This document shows positions 1-10,215 of a stretch of 32,000 nucleotides of DNA, piece by piece (positions within the stretch are counted from its first letter, which is position 1; every line of letters begins with the position of its first letter). A model generated the notes under the pieces. That model was not told where the DNA came from and searched no databases. It was given only the letters and a program-made list of their open reading frames with translations. This DNA comes from Flavobacterium agricola (GTDB lineage: Bacteria > Bacteroidota > Bacteroidia > Flavobacteriales > Flavobacteriaceae). Both the position numbers and the translations under genes were made by a program. The stretch covers positions 391,166 through 423,165 of the forward strand of contig NZ_CP081495.1 in the NCBI RefSeq assembly GCF_025919725.1, in the 5' to 3' direction.

Positions 1-1890
1 GCAACCGGTTTGGTGGTAGATGATGGAATTGTAGTAACCGAAAATATTTATAAAAAGGTTGAAGAAGGCATGTCGCCAATTGAAGCTGCAATAAAAGGAT
101 CTAACGAAATTTTCTATGCCGTAATTTCCATTTCAGTAACCTTAGCAGCCGTATTTTTACCCGTAATCTTTTTAGAAGGATTTGTGGGCCGATTGTTCCG
201 GGAATTTGGTGTGGTAATTGGAGCCGCCGTTTTAATTTCGGCCTTTGTATCGCTTACGTTAACACCAATGTTAAATGCATATTTGGTAAAAGGTGGCCAG
301 CAAAAACAAACCAAGTTTTACCAACGTACCGAAAAATATTTTGTGCGTATGAACAAATCGTACGCAGGCAGCTTGCAGTTCTTTTTAAATCGCAAATGGT
401 TAAGCGCAGCAGTTATTGTGGTTTGTTTAGGTATGATTGCTTTATTTTTTACCATTTTACCAAAAGAAACTGCACCTTACGACGATCGTAGTAATATTTC
501 TGTTCGTGCAACCGGTCCAGAAGGTGTTTCGTATGATTATATGCAAAAATTCATGAATGAATTAACGGATATGATTAACGATTCTGTTCCAGAAAAAAAT
601 GTAAGCTTAGTAATTACATCACCAAGTTACGGATCTGGATCAGCAAACAGCGGGGTAATTCGTTTAGGATTGGTACAGCCGCAAGATCGTGAAAAAACAC
701 AAGGCCAAATTGCTAACGATTTAAGCGTTTGGACTCGTAATTTTACCGATGCTAAAGTTTCTATTTCCCAACAACCAACCATTTCGGTTGGGCGCCGTGG
801 TGGGATGCCAATTCAATACATTATTCAGGCAACTAATTTTGAAAAACTAGAAGAAAAAGTTCCGGAATTTATGGATGCGGTTTCACAAAGTCCTGTTTTT
901 TCAAACTTCGATATCAATTTAAAATTTAACAAGCCCGAAGCGTACATTACCATTGCTCGTGATAAGGCCGAAAATTTAGGTGTTTCTATTTTAGATATTG
1001 CACGTACCTTACAAATGTCATTATCTGGGCAGCGTTTTGCTTATTATATGATGAACGGAAAACAATACCAAGTAATTGGGCAGTTTAACCGTACCGACCG
1101 TTCGGCACCTATGGATTTAGCTGCTATGTATGTAAAAAATAACAAAGGGCAACTAATTCAGATGGATAACTTGGTTACGATTGAAGAAAAAAGTAGCCCA
1201 CCGCAGTTGTATCACAACAACCGTTATATGTCGGCAACCGTTTCAGCATCTTTAGCACAAGGTCAAAGTTTAGAAGATGGAATTAAAGAAATGGATCGCA
1301 TTAAAGAACAAGTTTTAGACGATTCTTTTACAACTGATTTAGGTGGTGAAGCGCGTGATTTTATGGAAAGTAGTTCAAATACCTTATTTGCATTTGGTTT
1401 AGCTATTGTTTTAATATTCTTAATCTTAGCCGCGCAGTTTGAAAGTTTTATTGATCCAATTATTATTTTAATTACGGTGCCAATGGCTGTAGCTGGAGCT
1501 TTATTTTCGCTGTGGTTGTTTGGACAAACCTGGAACATTTTTAGCCAAATCGGAACCATTATGTTAATTGGTTTGGTAACTAAAAACGGAATTTTAATTG
1601 TTGAATTTGCGAATCATTTACGCGATCAAGGTCTATCTAAATACGATGCCGTTTTACAAGCGTCAGAATCACGTTTACGCCCAATTTTAATGACCTCGCT
1701 AACCATTGCTTTAGGAGCTTTACCAATTGCTTTATCAATCGGTGCTGCATCTATTAGCCGTATGGGAATGGGTGTTGTAATTGTTGGTGGAACCTTGTTT
1801 TCATTGGTTCTTACCTTATTCGTAATTCCTACTATTTATTTAATGTTTTCACGCAAGCGCAAGCACAATCCAGAATTAGACAAATATTAG
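1..1890 (+). CDS. RND-family efflux transporter permease (AcrB/HAE1-like), 5'-truncated by window edge
   Basis: Frame is open from the window start (ATGLVVDDGIVVTENIY..., TM4-type motif), with C-terminal RND motifs such as GIVTKNGILIVEFAN-like 'GLVTKNGILIVEFANHLRDQG' and 'RLRPILMTSLT'. Confidence 0.95.
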   Translation, partial: ATGLVVDDGIVVTENIYKKVEEGMSPIEAAIKGSNEIFYAVISISVTLAAVFLPVIFLEGFVGRLFREFGVVIGAAVLISAFVSLTLTPMLNAYLVKGGQQKQTKFYQRTEKYFVRMNKSYAGSLQFFLNRKWLSAAVIVVCLGMIALFFTILPKETAPYDDRSNISVRATGPEGVSYDYMQKFMNELTDMINDSVPEKNVSLVITSPSYGSGSANSGVIRLGLVQPQDREKTQGQIANDLSVWTRNFTDAKVSISQQPTISVGRRGGMPIQYIIQATNFEKLEEKVPEFMDAVSQSPVFSNFDINLKFNKPEAYITIARDKAENLGVSILDIARTLQMSLSGQRFAYYMMNGKQYQVIGQFNRTDRSAPMDLAAMYVKNNKGQLIQMDNLVTIEEKSSPPQLYHNNRYMSATVSASLAQGQSLEDGIKEMDRIKEQVLDDSFTTDLGGEARDFMESSSNTLFAFGLAIVLIFLILAAQFESFIDPIIILITVPMAVAGALFSLWLFGQTWNIFSQIGTIMLIGLVTKNGILIVEFANHLRDQGLSKYDAVLQASESRLRPILMTSLTIALGALPIALSIGAASISRMGMGVVIVGGTLFSLVLTLFVIPTIYLMFSRKRKHNPELDKY

Positions 1891-1896
1891 TACCTA

Positions 1897-3201
1897 ATGA
1901 AAAAGCTATATATATTTATAACAACGCTTGCTTTGGGTAGCTTTACAAGTTACGCGCAAGAATTGTTAACCATAAAAGATGCCGTAGCAATTGCTTTAAG
2001 CCAAAACTACGACATTCAATTATCTCAAAACGACAAAAATATTACTGCCGAAAGCGTGAGCATTGGTGCTGCAGGTTTTTTACCCAATCTAACAGCCAAT
2101 TTAACGCAAAATAACAGCGTAATGAATTCTGAACAAACGCAATCTAGCGGCGTAGTTCGATCACTTAAAAATGCTAAAAATAACAATTTAAGTTACGGAG
2201 TAAGTTTAGGTTGGACCGTTTTTGACGGATTGGACATGTTTAAACGCTATGATATTTTAAAAGAAACCGACAACTTTCAGGAAGCACAATTTAAGCAAGC
2301 GGTGCTTGAAACCATTTCGTTGGTTATGGTAAATTATTACAATATTGTTGAGCAAACCAATGTACATAAAGCGTTAGAATCGGTTAAAGAAATATCGCTA
2401 GAACGTTATAACATTGCCGAAGCGCGTTTTAAAATTGGTAAAGCTTCTAAGCTTGAAGTTTTAAACGCTCAAGTTAATTTAAACGAAGATGAATCAAATT
2501 TAATACGTCAGGTAAATACCATTCAATCATTAAAAATTCAATTAAATAGATTGTTAGCTCGTGAATTAGCTACTAATTTTGAAGTTGAAAAAGAAATGAG
2601 CTACGACGAGCTGTTAACCTACACCGATTTGTACGAAACGGCAATGCAGCAAAATCCAGAAATCATGAAGATTGAAATTAGCCGTCGTTTAGCCGAATTA
2701 AATTTGCAACAAGTTAAAGCAAAACGTTATCCAACTGTTCGAGTAAATGCCGGATATAATTTTAATGAATCTGAATCGAGCCTTGGGTTTACCACCCACG
2801 CCAATTCGCACGGATTTAATTACGGCTTGGCTGTTTCTATGAATTTGTTTGACGGATTAACCCAACATCGTAACGAACGCATTGCTAAAATAAATATTGA
2901 AAGCATGGATTTACGAGTTAAAAACCAAAACGAACAGCTTTCTACTTTGTTGTTAACTGCGTTTAATAATTTTCAAACCTTTCAATCTTTGGTTAAAGTT
3001 GAAGAAAATAACGTTGGCTTGGCTAAAAATAGTTTAGATATTACCAACGATAAGTTTAAAATCGGAACGGTAAGCTCGGTAGAATTTAGAGATTCACAAG
3101 AAAACTACATCAACGCTGTTTCCCGTTACAATGCTGCCTTATTAGATACCAAATTAGCAGAAATTGAACTGAAGCAAATTATGGGTAAATTAGATATTTA
3201 A
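1897..3201 (+). CDS. TolC-like outer membrane efflux protein
   Basis: Signal peptide, 'ALSQNYDIQL', coiled-coil composition, and position 6 nt downstream of the RND permease. Confidence 0.93.
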   Translation: MKKLYIFITTLALGSFTSYAQELLTIKDAVAIALSQNYDIQLSQNDKNITAESVSIGAAGFLPNLTANLTQNNSVMNSEQTQSSGVVRSLKNAKNNNLSYGVSLGWTVFDGLDMFKRYDILKETDNFQEAQFKQAVLETISLVMVNYYNIVEQTNVHKALESVKEISLERYNIAEARFKIGKASKLEVLNAQVNLNEDESNLIRQVNTIQSLKIQLNRLLARELATNFEVEKEMSYDELLTYTDLYETAMQQNPEIMKIEISRRLAELNLQQVKAKRYPTVRVNAGYNFNESESSLGFTTHANSHGFNYGLAVSMNLFDGLTQHRNERIAKINIESMDLRVKNQNEQLSTLLLTAFNNFQTFQSLVKVEENNVGLAKNSLDITNDKFKIGTVSSVEFRDSQENYINAVSRYNAALLDTKLAEIELKQIMGKLDI

Positions 3202-3202
3202 T

Positions 3203-3229
3203 AAAATCGGAGCATTAGCTCCGATTTTT
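3203..3229 (+). terminator. Rho-independent terminator after the TolC-like gene
   Basis: Stem AAAATCGGAGC-ATTA-GCTCCGATTTT followed by T-rich sequence. Confidence 0.85.
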
Positions 3230-3249
3230 GTTTTTAAAATGCTGTACAT

Positions 3250-4521
3250 TTGATTTTTTTATTTCACAACATGCAAGCACAACAACTTACTTTTGGCTTA
3301 TATGGGCACACGTTGCATCATACCCAAATTCAATCGCACAACGGACAATATTTGGTTTACGATTCTCGTAATGATGATACGCAGATTGCCAGCACCCAAA
3401 CCATAGAAGTTTTACAGCTAGAAAGTTTAGCAACCCAAGTAATTTACCGTTGTAATCCGGCTGGTGTTTACGGTCCTGGGGTTGGTGCAGCAACCTTTTC
3501 TCCTCAACAATTGCAAACCTTGTTTATACACGGTATAAAAAATGCTTCACCTAGTAATCCGTATAGCATGACGCGCCGTACCGGGGTTAGTATTTTTTTA
3601 AATAATCCTGGGCACCCTATTTACATGGATGCACGTAATATTTACGAACCTTTTACAGCTGGTGCTTTACGTGGCGGCACGCATGCGCACGCTTGGCATC
3701 CAAATGGAAATTTAATATCGTTTACGTACAATGATTTTGTTTTAGAACATGCAACGCATAGAAATGCTGATCGCGATTTGCGTTCGGTTGGTGTTATGTT
3801 TCCTCAATCGGTTTCTGTTTTTAAAGATGAAGAAGGAGAAAATAATTCGGGAGAAATGTTTGCTGTTTTAGTTTCTGAAGTTGTTAATCAGGCGCAACCA
3901 AATACTGACGAAATCGAAAAAGCTTTTGACGAATGTTGGTTGGGTAGTTTGCGTAAACTTGCTTTTCAGGGGCATGTTCGTGATGCAAAAGGTAAATTAC
4001 AATCCGAAATTTTTATTGTTGATTTACCAGATAACTTATCGCAAGCCGGAGCGCATCCTTTACAAGGAACTGCAACCACGCGTTGTGGTGTTCCTTTAGG
4101 AACCAAGCAATACCGAATTACGCATACGCCCAACGGAATATCTAATTTTAGACATTGGTTGCGTAGCAATTCATCTGGTACCCTTGTTTATTTTTTAATG
4201 GAAGATGATTTAGGATGTACACAATTGTTTCAAGTTGCAATTGCAAGTCAAAAAATAAAGCAATTATCTTTTCATGATTCTGGCATTCATTCGCCTTTTA
4301 ATGTGCATGTTGATGCTAAAAATGCTGTTTATTTACAGCATCAAAGTTTGGTGTTGTTAGATTTAGAAACCGGGCAAAGCAACGTGCTTTTTGAATCTAC
4401 TGCCGATATTCAGTTAACTGGGATTCCGCATTTTTGCAACCATTCTAACACCATTTATTTTAATGCTTATGTAAAGTATAATACGGCAAGTTATATTCAA
4501 ATATTTCGAATAACATATTAA
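3250..4521 (+). CDS. DUF3748 / YidR-like protein, exported beta-propeller-like
   Basis: Pattern 'LVYDSRNDDTQI...VYRC...GPGVGAATFSP...GGTHAHAWHPNGNLISFTYND' resembles the YidR family. Start may be at an internal ATG (MQAQQLTF). Confidence 0.65.
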   Translation: MIFLFHNMQAQQLTFGLYGHTLHHTQIQSHNGQYLVYDSRNDDTQIASTQTIEVLQLESLATQVIYRCNPAGVYGPGVGAATFSPQQLQTLFIHGIKNASPSNPYSMTRRTGVSIFLNNPGHPIYMDARNIYEPFTAGALRGGTHAHAWHPNGNLISFTYNDFVLEHATHRNADRDLRSVGVMFPQSVSVFKDEEGENNSGEMFAVLVSEVVNQAQPNTDEIEKAFDECWLGSLRKLAFQGHVRDAKGKLQSEIFIVDLPDNLSQAGAHPLQGTATTRCGVPLGTKQYRITHTPNGISNFRHWLRSNSSGTLVYFLMEDDLGCTQLFQVAIASQKIKQLSFHDSGIHSPFNVHVDAKNAVYLQHQSLVLLDLETGQSNVLFESTADIQLTGIPHFCNHSNTIYFNAYVKYNTASYIQIFRITY

Positions 4522-4551
4522 AAAAAGCACTTACTTAAGTAAGTGCTTTTT
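4522..4551. terminator. Bidirectional terminator between convergent genes
   Basis: Perfect palindrome AAAAAGCACTTACTT/AAGTAAGTGCTTTTT. Confidence 0.88.
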
Positions 4552-4555
4552 AGTT

Positions 4556-5539
4556 TTATATCGCTTCCGGATTTTGGCTGCTTATCTTGTTTTGTTCAAT
4601 GCTTTGCATCCCATCTTTATACCAGTCTGTTTTTTGTAACAACTTTAAGGTTGGTTTAAAGAATATTAAAAAGAAAACTGAGGTAAAGGTGTTTGACGCC
4701 GTAAATGCAGCAGCAACTTGCAACGCATGGCTGTCTGTTAAATATCTTGCAAATTGTTCTAAAACGCCAAAAAATGGTAACATAATTAATACGCCAATAA
4801 TGTTAAATCCTGTTGCCGAAGCTGCAACTAATTTGGACATGGGCGATAATTTTAAAGAAACCAATAATGCTGTTGAGGTTGTACCAATGTTAGCACCAAC
4901 AACAATTGCAATAGCAGCATTTAACGGAACTACGCCTTGTGAAACCAAAACAATTACTAAACCAACAACAACCGAACTCGATTGAATGATAATCGTAATA
5001 ATGATTCCGTAAATGATTCCTAATATCGGATTGGTTGCTTTTTCCATAATTTGCAACAACATCGGATCATTTTTAATTGGTTCCATAGAAATGCTTATTA
5101 GGTTTAAAGCAAAAAAGATAAAACCGAAGTAAAAAATAGATTTTCCTGCCACTGCGATTCGGCTCGGTGCCATACTTATTAAGGTACCTAAAACAATTAA
5201 GGCTGGACCAAACATATCGGATTGATACGAAACAATCCATCCGGTTGAAGTTGTACCAATGTTGGTTCCTAATAAAATCATTAAGCTATCTCGAAATGAA
5301 ATAATGCCTGAATCTACTAACGAAACGGTTAATGAAGAAACCAAAGTGCTGGATTGAATAACTGCTGTTACGGCTCCGCCTAAAATAAAACCACCTAACG
5401 GTAAGTTTGTCATTTTTTTAATCCATCGTTGTAAGTTTTCAATACCAAAGCTTTCAATTTCTTTACTAAAGCTTTGTAAGCCAAAAATAAATAATGTGAT
5501 TGCCGAAATAATAATAATTACGGTATGCAAAGTTTGCAT
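4556..5539 (-). CDS. Na/Pi cotransporter family protein (NptA/PNaS type, no PhoU-like tail)
   Basis: Two inverted QSS repeats: 'GGAVTAVIQSSTLVSSL', 'LGTNIGTTSTG', 'IITIIIQSSSVVVG', 'VGANIGTTSTALL'. Confidence 0.92.
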   Translation of the reverse strand: MQTLHTVIIIISAITLFIFGLQSFSKEIESFGIENLQRWIKKMTNLPLGGFILGGAVTAVIQSSTLVSSLTVSLVDSGIISFRDSLMILLGTNIGTTSTGWIVSYQSDMFGPALIVLGTLISMAPSRIAVAGKSIFYFGFIFFALNLISISMEPIKNDPMLLQIMEKATNPILGIIYGIIITIIIQSSSVVVGLVIVLVSQGVVPLNAAIAIVVGANIGTTSTALLVSLKLSPMSKLVAASATGFNIIGVLIMLPFFGVLEQFARYLTDSHALQVAAAFTASNTFTSVFFLIFFKPTLKLLQKTDWYKDGMQSIEQNKISSQNPEAI

Positions 5540-5661
5540 AAATAATATAGGTTAAGGTTAATATTAGGAGTTGTAATTAAAAAATTTAAACAGAAATGGC
5601 TACTATTTAAATACTTCCGTTTAAAATTTTTATCTTGTACATCAATTCTTATTTAAAAACA

Positions 5662-6759
5662 ATGAATTTTAAAGCTTTTACTTTTATATTTTGTTTGCTT
5701 TTATTGTCGTGTAACACCAAGAATGACATGCAAATTAACAATAATTTAGCAAAATACCAACCCCTTGCATTAGGGGAGGAACAAGCTCAAAAAATTATGG
5801 CTTTGCCGATGCATTGCCTTTTGGTTGAATACCCAAATAAGTTAGGTCAGGTTTTAAATGAAGCAAGCGAATTAAAATCGCCCAAAGCATTGCGTCCGGT
5901 TTTTTACGGATGTTTTGATTGGCATTCATCCGTTCATGGTTATTGGAGCATAATTACGCTTTTAAAACAATTTCCGGAAATGGATGCAGATAGTAAAATA
6001 GCTGCTGTTTTAAACCAGCAAATAACGCCTGAAAATGTGCAAGTTGAAATTGATTTTTTTAATCAACCGCATAATAAATCGTTTGAGCGTACTTATGGCT
6101 GGGCTTGGTTTTTAAAATTGCAACAAGCATTACAAACCTGGGATAATCCGCAAGCGCAACAATGGCATAAAACTTTACAACCTCTAGAAGAAATTATTGT
6201 TACCCGATATACCGATTATTTACAGAAATTGGTTTATCCGATTCGTACAGGTACTCATGATAATTCGGCTTTTAGCTTGGCTTTGTTGCATGAATATGCC
6301 ACAACTACAAATAACGAAATCTTATTGCAAACCATTAAGGATTTTGCTTTAAAACAATACGGTAATGATGTTAATTGCCCAATTGCTTACGAACCAAGCG
6401 GACATGATTTTTTATCACCTTGCTTACAAGAAGCTTGGCTTATGAGCAAAATTTTAGATACGGATGCGTACCGAACTTGGTTAAAGCAGTTTATGTCTAG
6501 CTTATTTAATTCGGAATTTGATTTACAAGTTGCACAAGTTGCCGATCGTACCGATGGCCATTTGGTACATTTAGATGGATTGAACTTTAGCCGTGCCACG
6601 TGTTTGTTTGAAATTGCAAATAAGTTGCCCGAATTGCAACATTTAAAACCATTAGGAGCCAAGCATTTTAATGCTGCTTTTCCAAATATTTCTGATGATG
6701 ATTATATGGGCAGCCATTGGTTAGGTACTTTTGCATTGCAAGCTTTGCAAGCACAATAA
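5662..6759 (+). CDS. DUF2891-like lipoprotein
   Basis: ORF 5635..6759; likely start at MNFKAFTFIFCLLLLSCNT (lipobox). Body 'ALRPVFYGCFDWHSSVHGYWSI', 'ERTYGWAWFLKL', 'EPSGHDFLSPCLQEAWLM' matches the DUF2891 type. Confidence 0.82.
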   Translation: MNFKAFTFIFCLLLLSCNTKNDMQINNNLAKYQPLALGEEQAQKIMALPMHCLLVEYPNKLGQVLNEASELKSPKALRPVFYGCFDWHSSVHGYWSIITLLKQFPEMDADSKIAAVLNQQITPENVQVEIDFFNQPHNKSFERTYGWAWFLKLQQALQTWDNPQAQQWHKTLQPLEEIIVTRYTDYLQKLVYPIRTGTHDNSAFSLALLHEYATTTNNEILLQTIKDFALKQYGNDVNCPIAYEPSGHDFLSPCLQEAWLMSKILDTDAYRTWLKQFMSSLFNSEFDLQVAQVADRTDGHLVHLDGLNFSRATCLFEIANKLPELQHLKPLGAKHFNAAFPNISDDDYMGSHWLGTFALQALQAQ

Positions 6760-6761
6760 AT

Positions 6762-6792
6762 AAAAAAAGGAAGCTAAAAGCTTCCTTTTTTT
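6762..6792. terminator. Bidirectional terminator between convergent DUF2891-like and TonB receptor genes
   Basis: AAAAAAAGGAAGCT-AAA-AGCTTCCTTTTTTT. Confidence 0.85.
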
Positions 6793-8656
6793 ATTTCAAT
6801 CTATATTTAGCGCCTAAAACAAACCAACGCCCTGGCATTGGAGTTGCAGCAATTTCGCGATATTGTTTATCAAATACATTAGTAAAATCACCATAGATTC
6901 CTAGTTTATCTAAATTGTAACCTAAACGGAAGTTTGTAATATCGTATCCGTTTCTTAATTCACGTTTTTGGTATTTGTACGTACCTTGCACATACCAATT
7001 TTTATATGAATAATTTACCGTTGCAATGGCTTGATGTTTTAAACTTTCAACCACATATTTAGAGGTAAGTCCATTATTCATCACCATTTCTTCAGGCTTT
7101 AAATAATTGTAACTTACGCTGGCTTGAATTTTAGATGCGTTATTAAGAGTAAAAACATTTCGAACCTGAAAATTTACGCCGTGAATTTTGTTTTTCGCCG
7201 CGTTAAACGGTTGGTACGGTTCGCTGCTGTCGGTTCTAATCCAATCAATAAAATCAGAAATATTTCGGTAAAAATAACCTGCTTGGGCGTGCCATTGTTT
7301 TTTGTTGTAACGAATGTTAGCCTCGTACTGCCATGCTTTTTCGCTATTTAAATTGGGATTTCCAATGTTTCCTGGACGTTGATTTAAATACAAATCAGTA
7401 AACGACGGTACGCGTTGACTTGAACCTACGTTAAGCCCCAATTTAAAGTTTGGAAGAAACTGATAAGCTGCATCAACCCCAGGAAAAAATTCCCAGCCAT
7501 AATCTGAATTGTAATTGGCATATCCACCTGCATTTACAAATAATTTTTCAGCAATAATGGTTTTATATTCTACATAAAAACCGTGGTTGTTGCGTTTGTG
7601 AGAACCAATGTTAGAACTGTTTATTTGTTCCCAACGGCTTTCCCATCCTAAACCAAAGGTTCCGAAATTGGTTAAATAGCTTGCGTTAACTTCCGCATTT
7701 ACAACATTGGTATAATGTAAAGAACGTGCACTTGCTAGATTATGTCTAAAATAGCGGTAATCGTCTTCGTTGTAACGGTTTGAAATTCGAGGTTTAATAA
7801 ATAATCGATCGTTTATTTTGTAGGTCATACCCACGCTAGCAAACGATGTATTTACAACTTCTTCCGATTCTTTATCACCCGGTGCTGCGTAAAAACCATT
7901 TGCACCAAATTTGTTAAAAATTTGACCTAACATAACGTTTAATTCGCTTTTGTCAGAAACGTCAAAATTACCTTGATAAAAACCGCGATAAATTTCGGCT
8001 GCCGTATTGTAGCGATGGCCGTTATACTGATCGGTATTTAAAGCAAATAAATGATTGCTTTTTTCGCGAGCTAAAGTTCCGGTAAGTTGCAAGCCACCGC
8101 CCCAGTAAATACCATTTCCATCGTTCTCATCTTTCGATTTAAAAGAACTTCCCGAATATATATTGGCATATAAGTTGTTTTCTTTTGCCTTTTTAGTAAC
8201 AATATTAATAGCTCCGGTTAAGGTATTAATTCCGTAAATACGTGCTGCTGGCCCTTTAAGCACTTCAATACGTTCAATCGCATCTAATGCTACAGGTAAG
8301 TTTAAGGAATGGTGTGCCGTTTGTGCATCAGAAACTTTAACACCGTTTAATAAAATTAAGGTTTGTTCAAAACTTCCGCCATCAATGCTCACATCAGCTT
8401 GCGTACCAAATGGGCCGCGCTGTCTTAAATCAACTCCGCCAATTAAACCTAAAACTTCGTTTACGCTACGCACCGGAAGTTCGCTAATTTGTTTGGCAGT
8501 AATAACCTGAATGTTTCGTGCCGTTTGGCTAAATGGTAATTCTAATCTATTTTCAGAGATAACAATTTCGTCTAAATTGGTTGCCTGATTATTTTGAGCT
8601 TGTGCGCCGATATTGTAGGTAGCTAATAAAATAATTCCTGCTTTTTTAAATTTCAT
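6791..8656 (-). CDS. TonB-dependent outer membrane receptor (BtuB/CirA-like)
   Basis: Signal peptide, plug domain ('LPVRSVNEVLGLIGGVDLRQRGPFGTQADVSIDGGSFEQTLILLNGVKVSD', 'RIEVLKGPAARIYGINTLTGAINIVTK'), C-terminal beta-barrel with final aromatic/LK residues. Confidence 0.92.
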   Translation of the reverse strand: MKFKKAGIILLATYNIGAQAQNNQATNLDEIVISENRLELPFSQTARNIQVITAKQISELPVRSVNEVLGLIGGVDLRQRGPFGTQADVSIDGGSFEQTLILLNGVKVSDAQTAHHSLNLPVALDAIERIEVLKGPAARIYGINTLTGAINIVTKKAKENNLYANIYSGSSFKSKDENDGNGIYWGGGLQLTGTLAREKSNHLFALNTDQYNGHRYNTAAEIYRGFYQGNFDVSDKSELNVMLGQIFNKFGANGFYAAPGDKESEEVVNTSFASVGMTYKINDRLFIKPRISNRYNEDDYRYFRHNLASARSLHYTNVVNAEVNASYLTNFGTFGLGWESRWEQINSSNIGSHKRNNHGFYVEYKTIIAEKLFVNAGGYANYNSDYGWEFFPGVDAAYQFLPNFKLGLNVGSSQRVPSFTDLYLNQRPGNIGNPNLNSEKAWQYEANIRYNKKQWHAQAGYFYRNISDFIDWIRTDSSEPYQPFNAAKNKIHGVNFQVRNVFTLNNASKIQASVSYNYLKPEEMVMNNGLTSKYVVESLKHQAIATVNYSYKNWYVQGTYKYQKRELRNGYDITNFRLGYNLDKLGIYGDFTNVFDKQYREIAATPMPGRWFVLGAKYRLK

Positions 8657-8724
8657 AATAATTATATTTTCTGATGCAAACCTCGTAACTTTCCGGTGTA
8701 TATTTGTAGTCCAGTTTTAATATT

Positions 8725-10215
8725 ATGAGTAGTCCGGTAAAATTAAATTTTAAACAAGTTATTACTTATCAAGTTGGTAGTGCTACGCCTATTTATTTAC
8801 AACTTGCGCAACAATTTATTAATGCCATTCAGCGTAGTTGGTTAGAACCTGGTGTTAAGTTGCCCGGTTCCAGGATTTTAGCCGAAAACTTAGGCTTGCA
8901 TCGTAAAACCATTATTGCTGCTTTGCAAGAATTAGAATCGCAAGGTTGGATTTTGGTTAAACCTAATGTCGGAACCTTTGTTATTTTACCACAAGCAACC
9001 GAGTTGTTAAAAAATAAAATAACATCTTTTAGTTCGTTATCTGCTTATCCTGAAAAGGCTGGGTTTACATTTAAAACCTCTGATTTACTTGCGTTAGAAC
9101 CCATTCAGCAGCAACCCAATGATTTAATTTGTACCGATGGCACGCCCGATTTGCGTTTGTCGTATTTTAAAAACCTAACTCAAGGATATAGCGCTACGTT
9201 AAAACGAAAATCAACCCCAAATAAATTAGGCGATTTGCATCATGAAAATAAATATTTTAAAAATCAGTTAACCAATTTTTTAAATGGCACGCGCGGTTTA
9301 CATATTTTACCTGATAATGTACTAATAACCCGAAGTACAGAAATGAGCTTGTTTATATTGGCTCAAACTATTTTACAACCAAACGATGTTGTGGTGGTTG
9401 CCCAATTAAGTTATTACAAGGCTAATATGATATTTCAGCAAATAGGAGCCAAGTTACAAACCATTCCGGTTGATGAACAAGGTTTATCTGTTGATGCATT
9501 AAAGCAACTACTAAAAAAACAAAAAATTAGAGCGGTTTATATTACCCCGCAACACCATTATCCAACAACAGTTACATTAAGTGCAGATCGTAGGTTGGCC
9601 TTATTGTCGTTGGCAGAAACCTACGGGTTTGTAATTATTGAAGATGATTACGATTATGATTTTCAGTATGATAAATCGGCTATGTTACCATTAGCCAGTG
9701 CCGATGTTCAGGGCATGGTGGTTTATACCGGAACTTTTGGTAAAGCTTTGTTTCCGAATTTTAGAACCGGATTTATTGTTGCGCCAAAAAATGTAATTCA
9801 AGAAGCTCGGAAATATTTACATATTATAGATCCGCAGGGTGATGTGGTTTTAGAAAATGTTTTAGCTGAATTGATTGAAGAAGGGGATATGCACCGATAT
9901 TTAAAAAAATCGATTAAAGAATACCAAGCCCGACGTGATTTTGTAGTACAATTTATAAACGATCATTTATCAGAATGGATTGCTGTAAACGTGCCTAACG
10001 GTGGTTTGGCTTTATGGTTTACATTTAAACAACCAGTGGTTTTGCAGCAATTAACTTCTTTTTTTAAGCAGAAAAAAATTGTTTTACCTCGCTTTGTGCA
10101 ATATCAAAATCAAAAAATAACAGCTTTGCGTTTTGGCTTTGGACATTTAAATACGGAAGAATTAACTCAGGTTTTAATGGCTTTTGTGCTTTTTTTTGAA
10201 CAAGAAAAGAATTAG
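8725..10215 (+). CDS. MocR/PdxR-family transcriptional regulator (GntR HTH plus aminotransferase-like domain)
   Basis: 'PIYLQLAQQFINAIQRSWLEPGVKLPGSRILAENLGLHRKTIIAALQELESQGWI' winged HTH, then aminotransferase fold with 'DDYDYDFQYD' and 'YTGTFGKALFPNFRTGFIVAP' (PLP-lysine region). Confidence 0.92.
   Translation: MSSPVKLNFKQVITYQVGSATPIYLQLAQQFINAIQRSWLEPGVKLPGSRILAENLGLHRKTIIAALQELESQGWILVKPNVGTFVILPQATELLKNKITSFSSLSAYPEKAGFTFKTSDLLALEPIQQQPNDLICTDGTPDLRLSYFKNLTQGYSATLKRKSTPNKLGDLHHENKYFKNQLTNFLNGTRGLHILPDNVLITRSTEMSLFILAQTILQPNDVVVVAQLSYYKANMIFQQIGAKLQTIPVDEQGLSVDALKQLLKKQKIRAVYITPQHHYPTTVTLSADRRLALLSLAETYGFVIIEDDYDYDFQYDKSAMLPLASADVQGMVVYTGTFGKALFPNFRTGFIVAPKNVIQEARKYLHIIDPQGDVVLENVLAELIEEGDMHRYLKKSIKEYQARRDFVVQFINDHLSEWIAVNVPNGGLALWFTFKQPVVLQQLTSFFKQKKIVLPRFVQYQNQKITALRFGFGHLNTEELTQVLMAFVLFFEQEKN

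Noticed and set aside
114-1559. Antisense ORFs 114..314 and 1263..1559 inside the RND permease gene
   Set aside because: Shadow ORFs on the opposite strand of a strongly supported conserved gene.
3881-4169. Small ORFs 3881..4099 (+) and 3966..4169 (-)
   Set aside because: Embedded in the DUF3748/YidR-like gene; composition resembles out-of-frame translation.
4587-4985. 132-aa plus-strand ORF 4587..4985
   Set aside because: Antisense to the Na/Pi cotransporter. Its Asn/Thr/Ala-rich sequence mirrors the hydrophobic TM codons of the real gene.
8657-8724. Cobalamin or other riboswitch upstream of the TonB receptor
   Set aside because: Only 68 bp separates the divergent genes and I see no B12-box-like conserved element; too short for the class.
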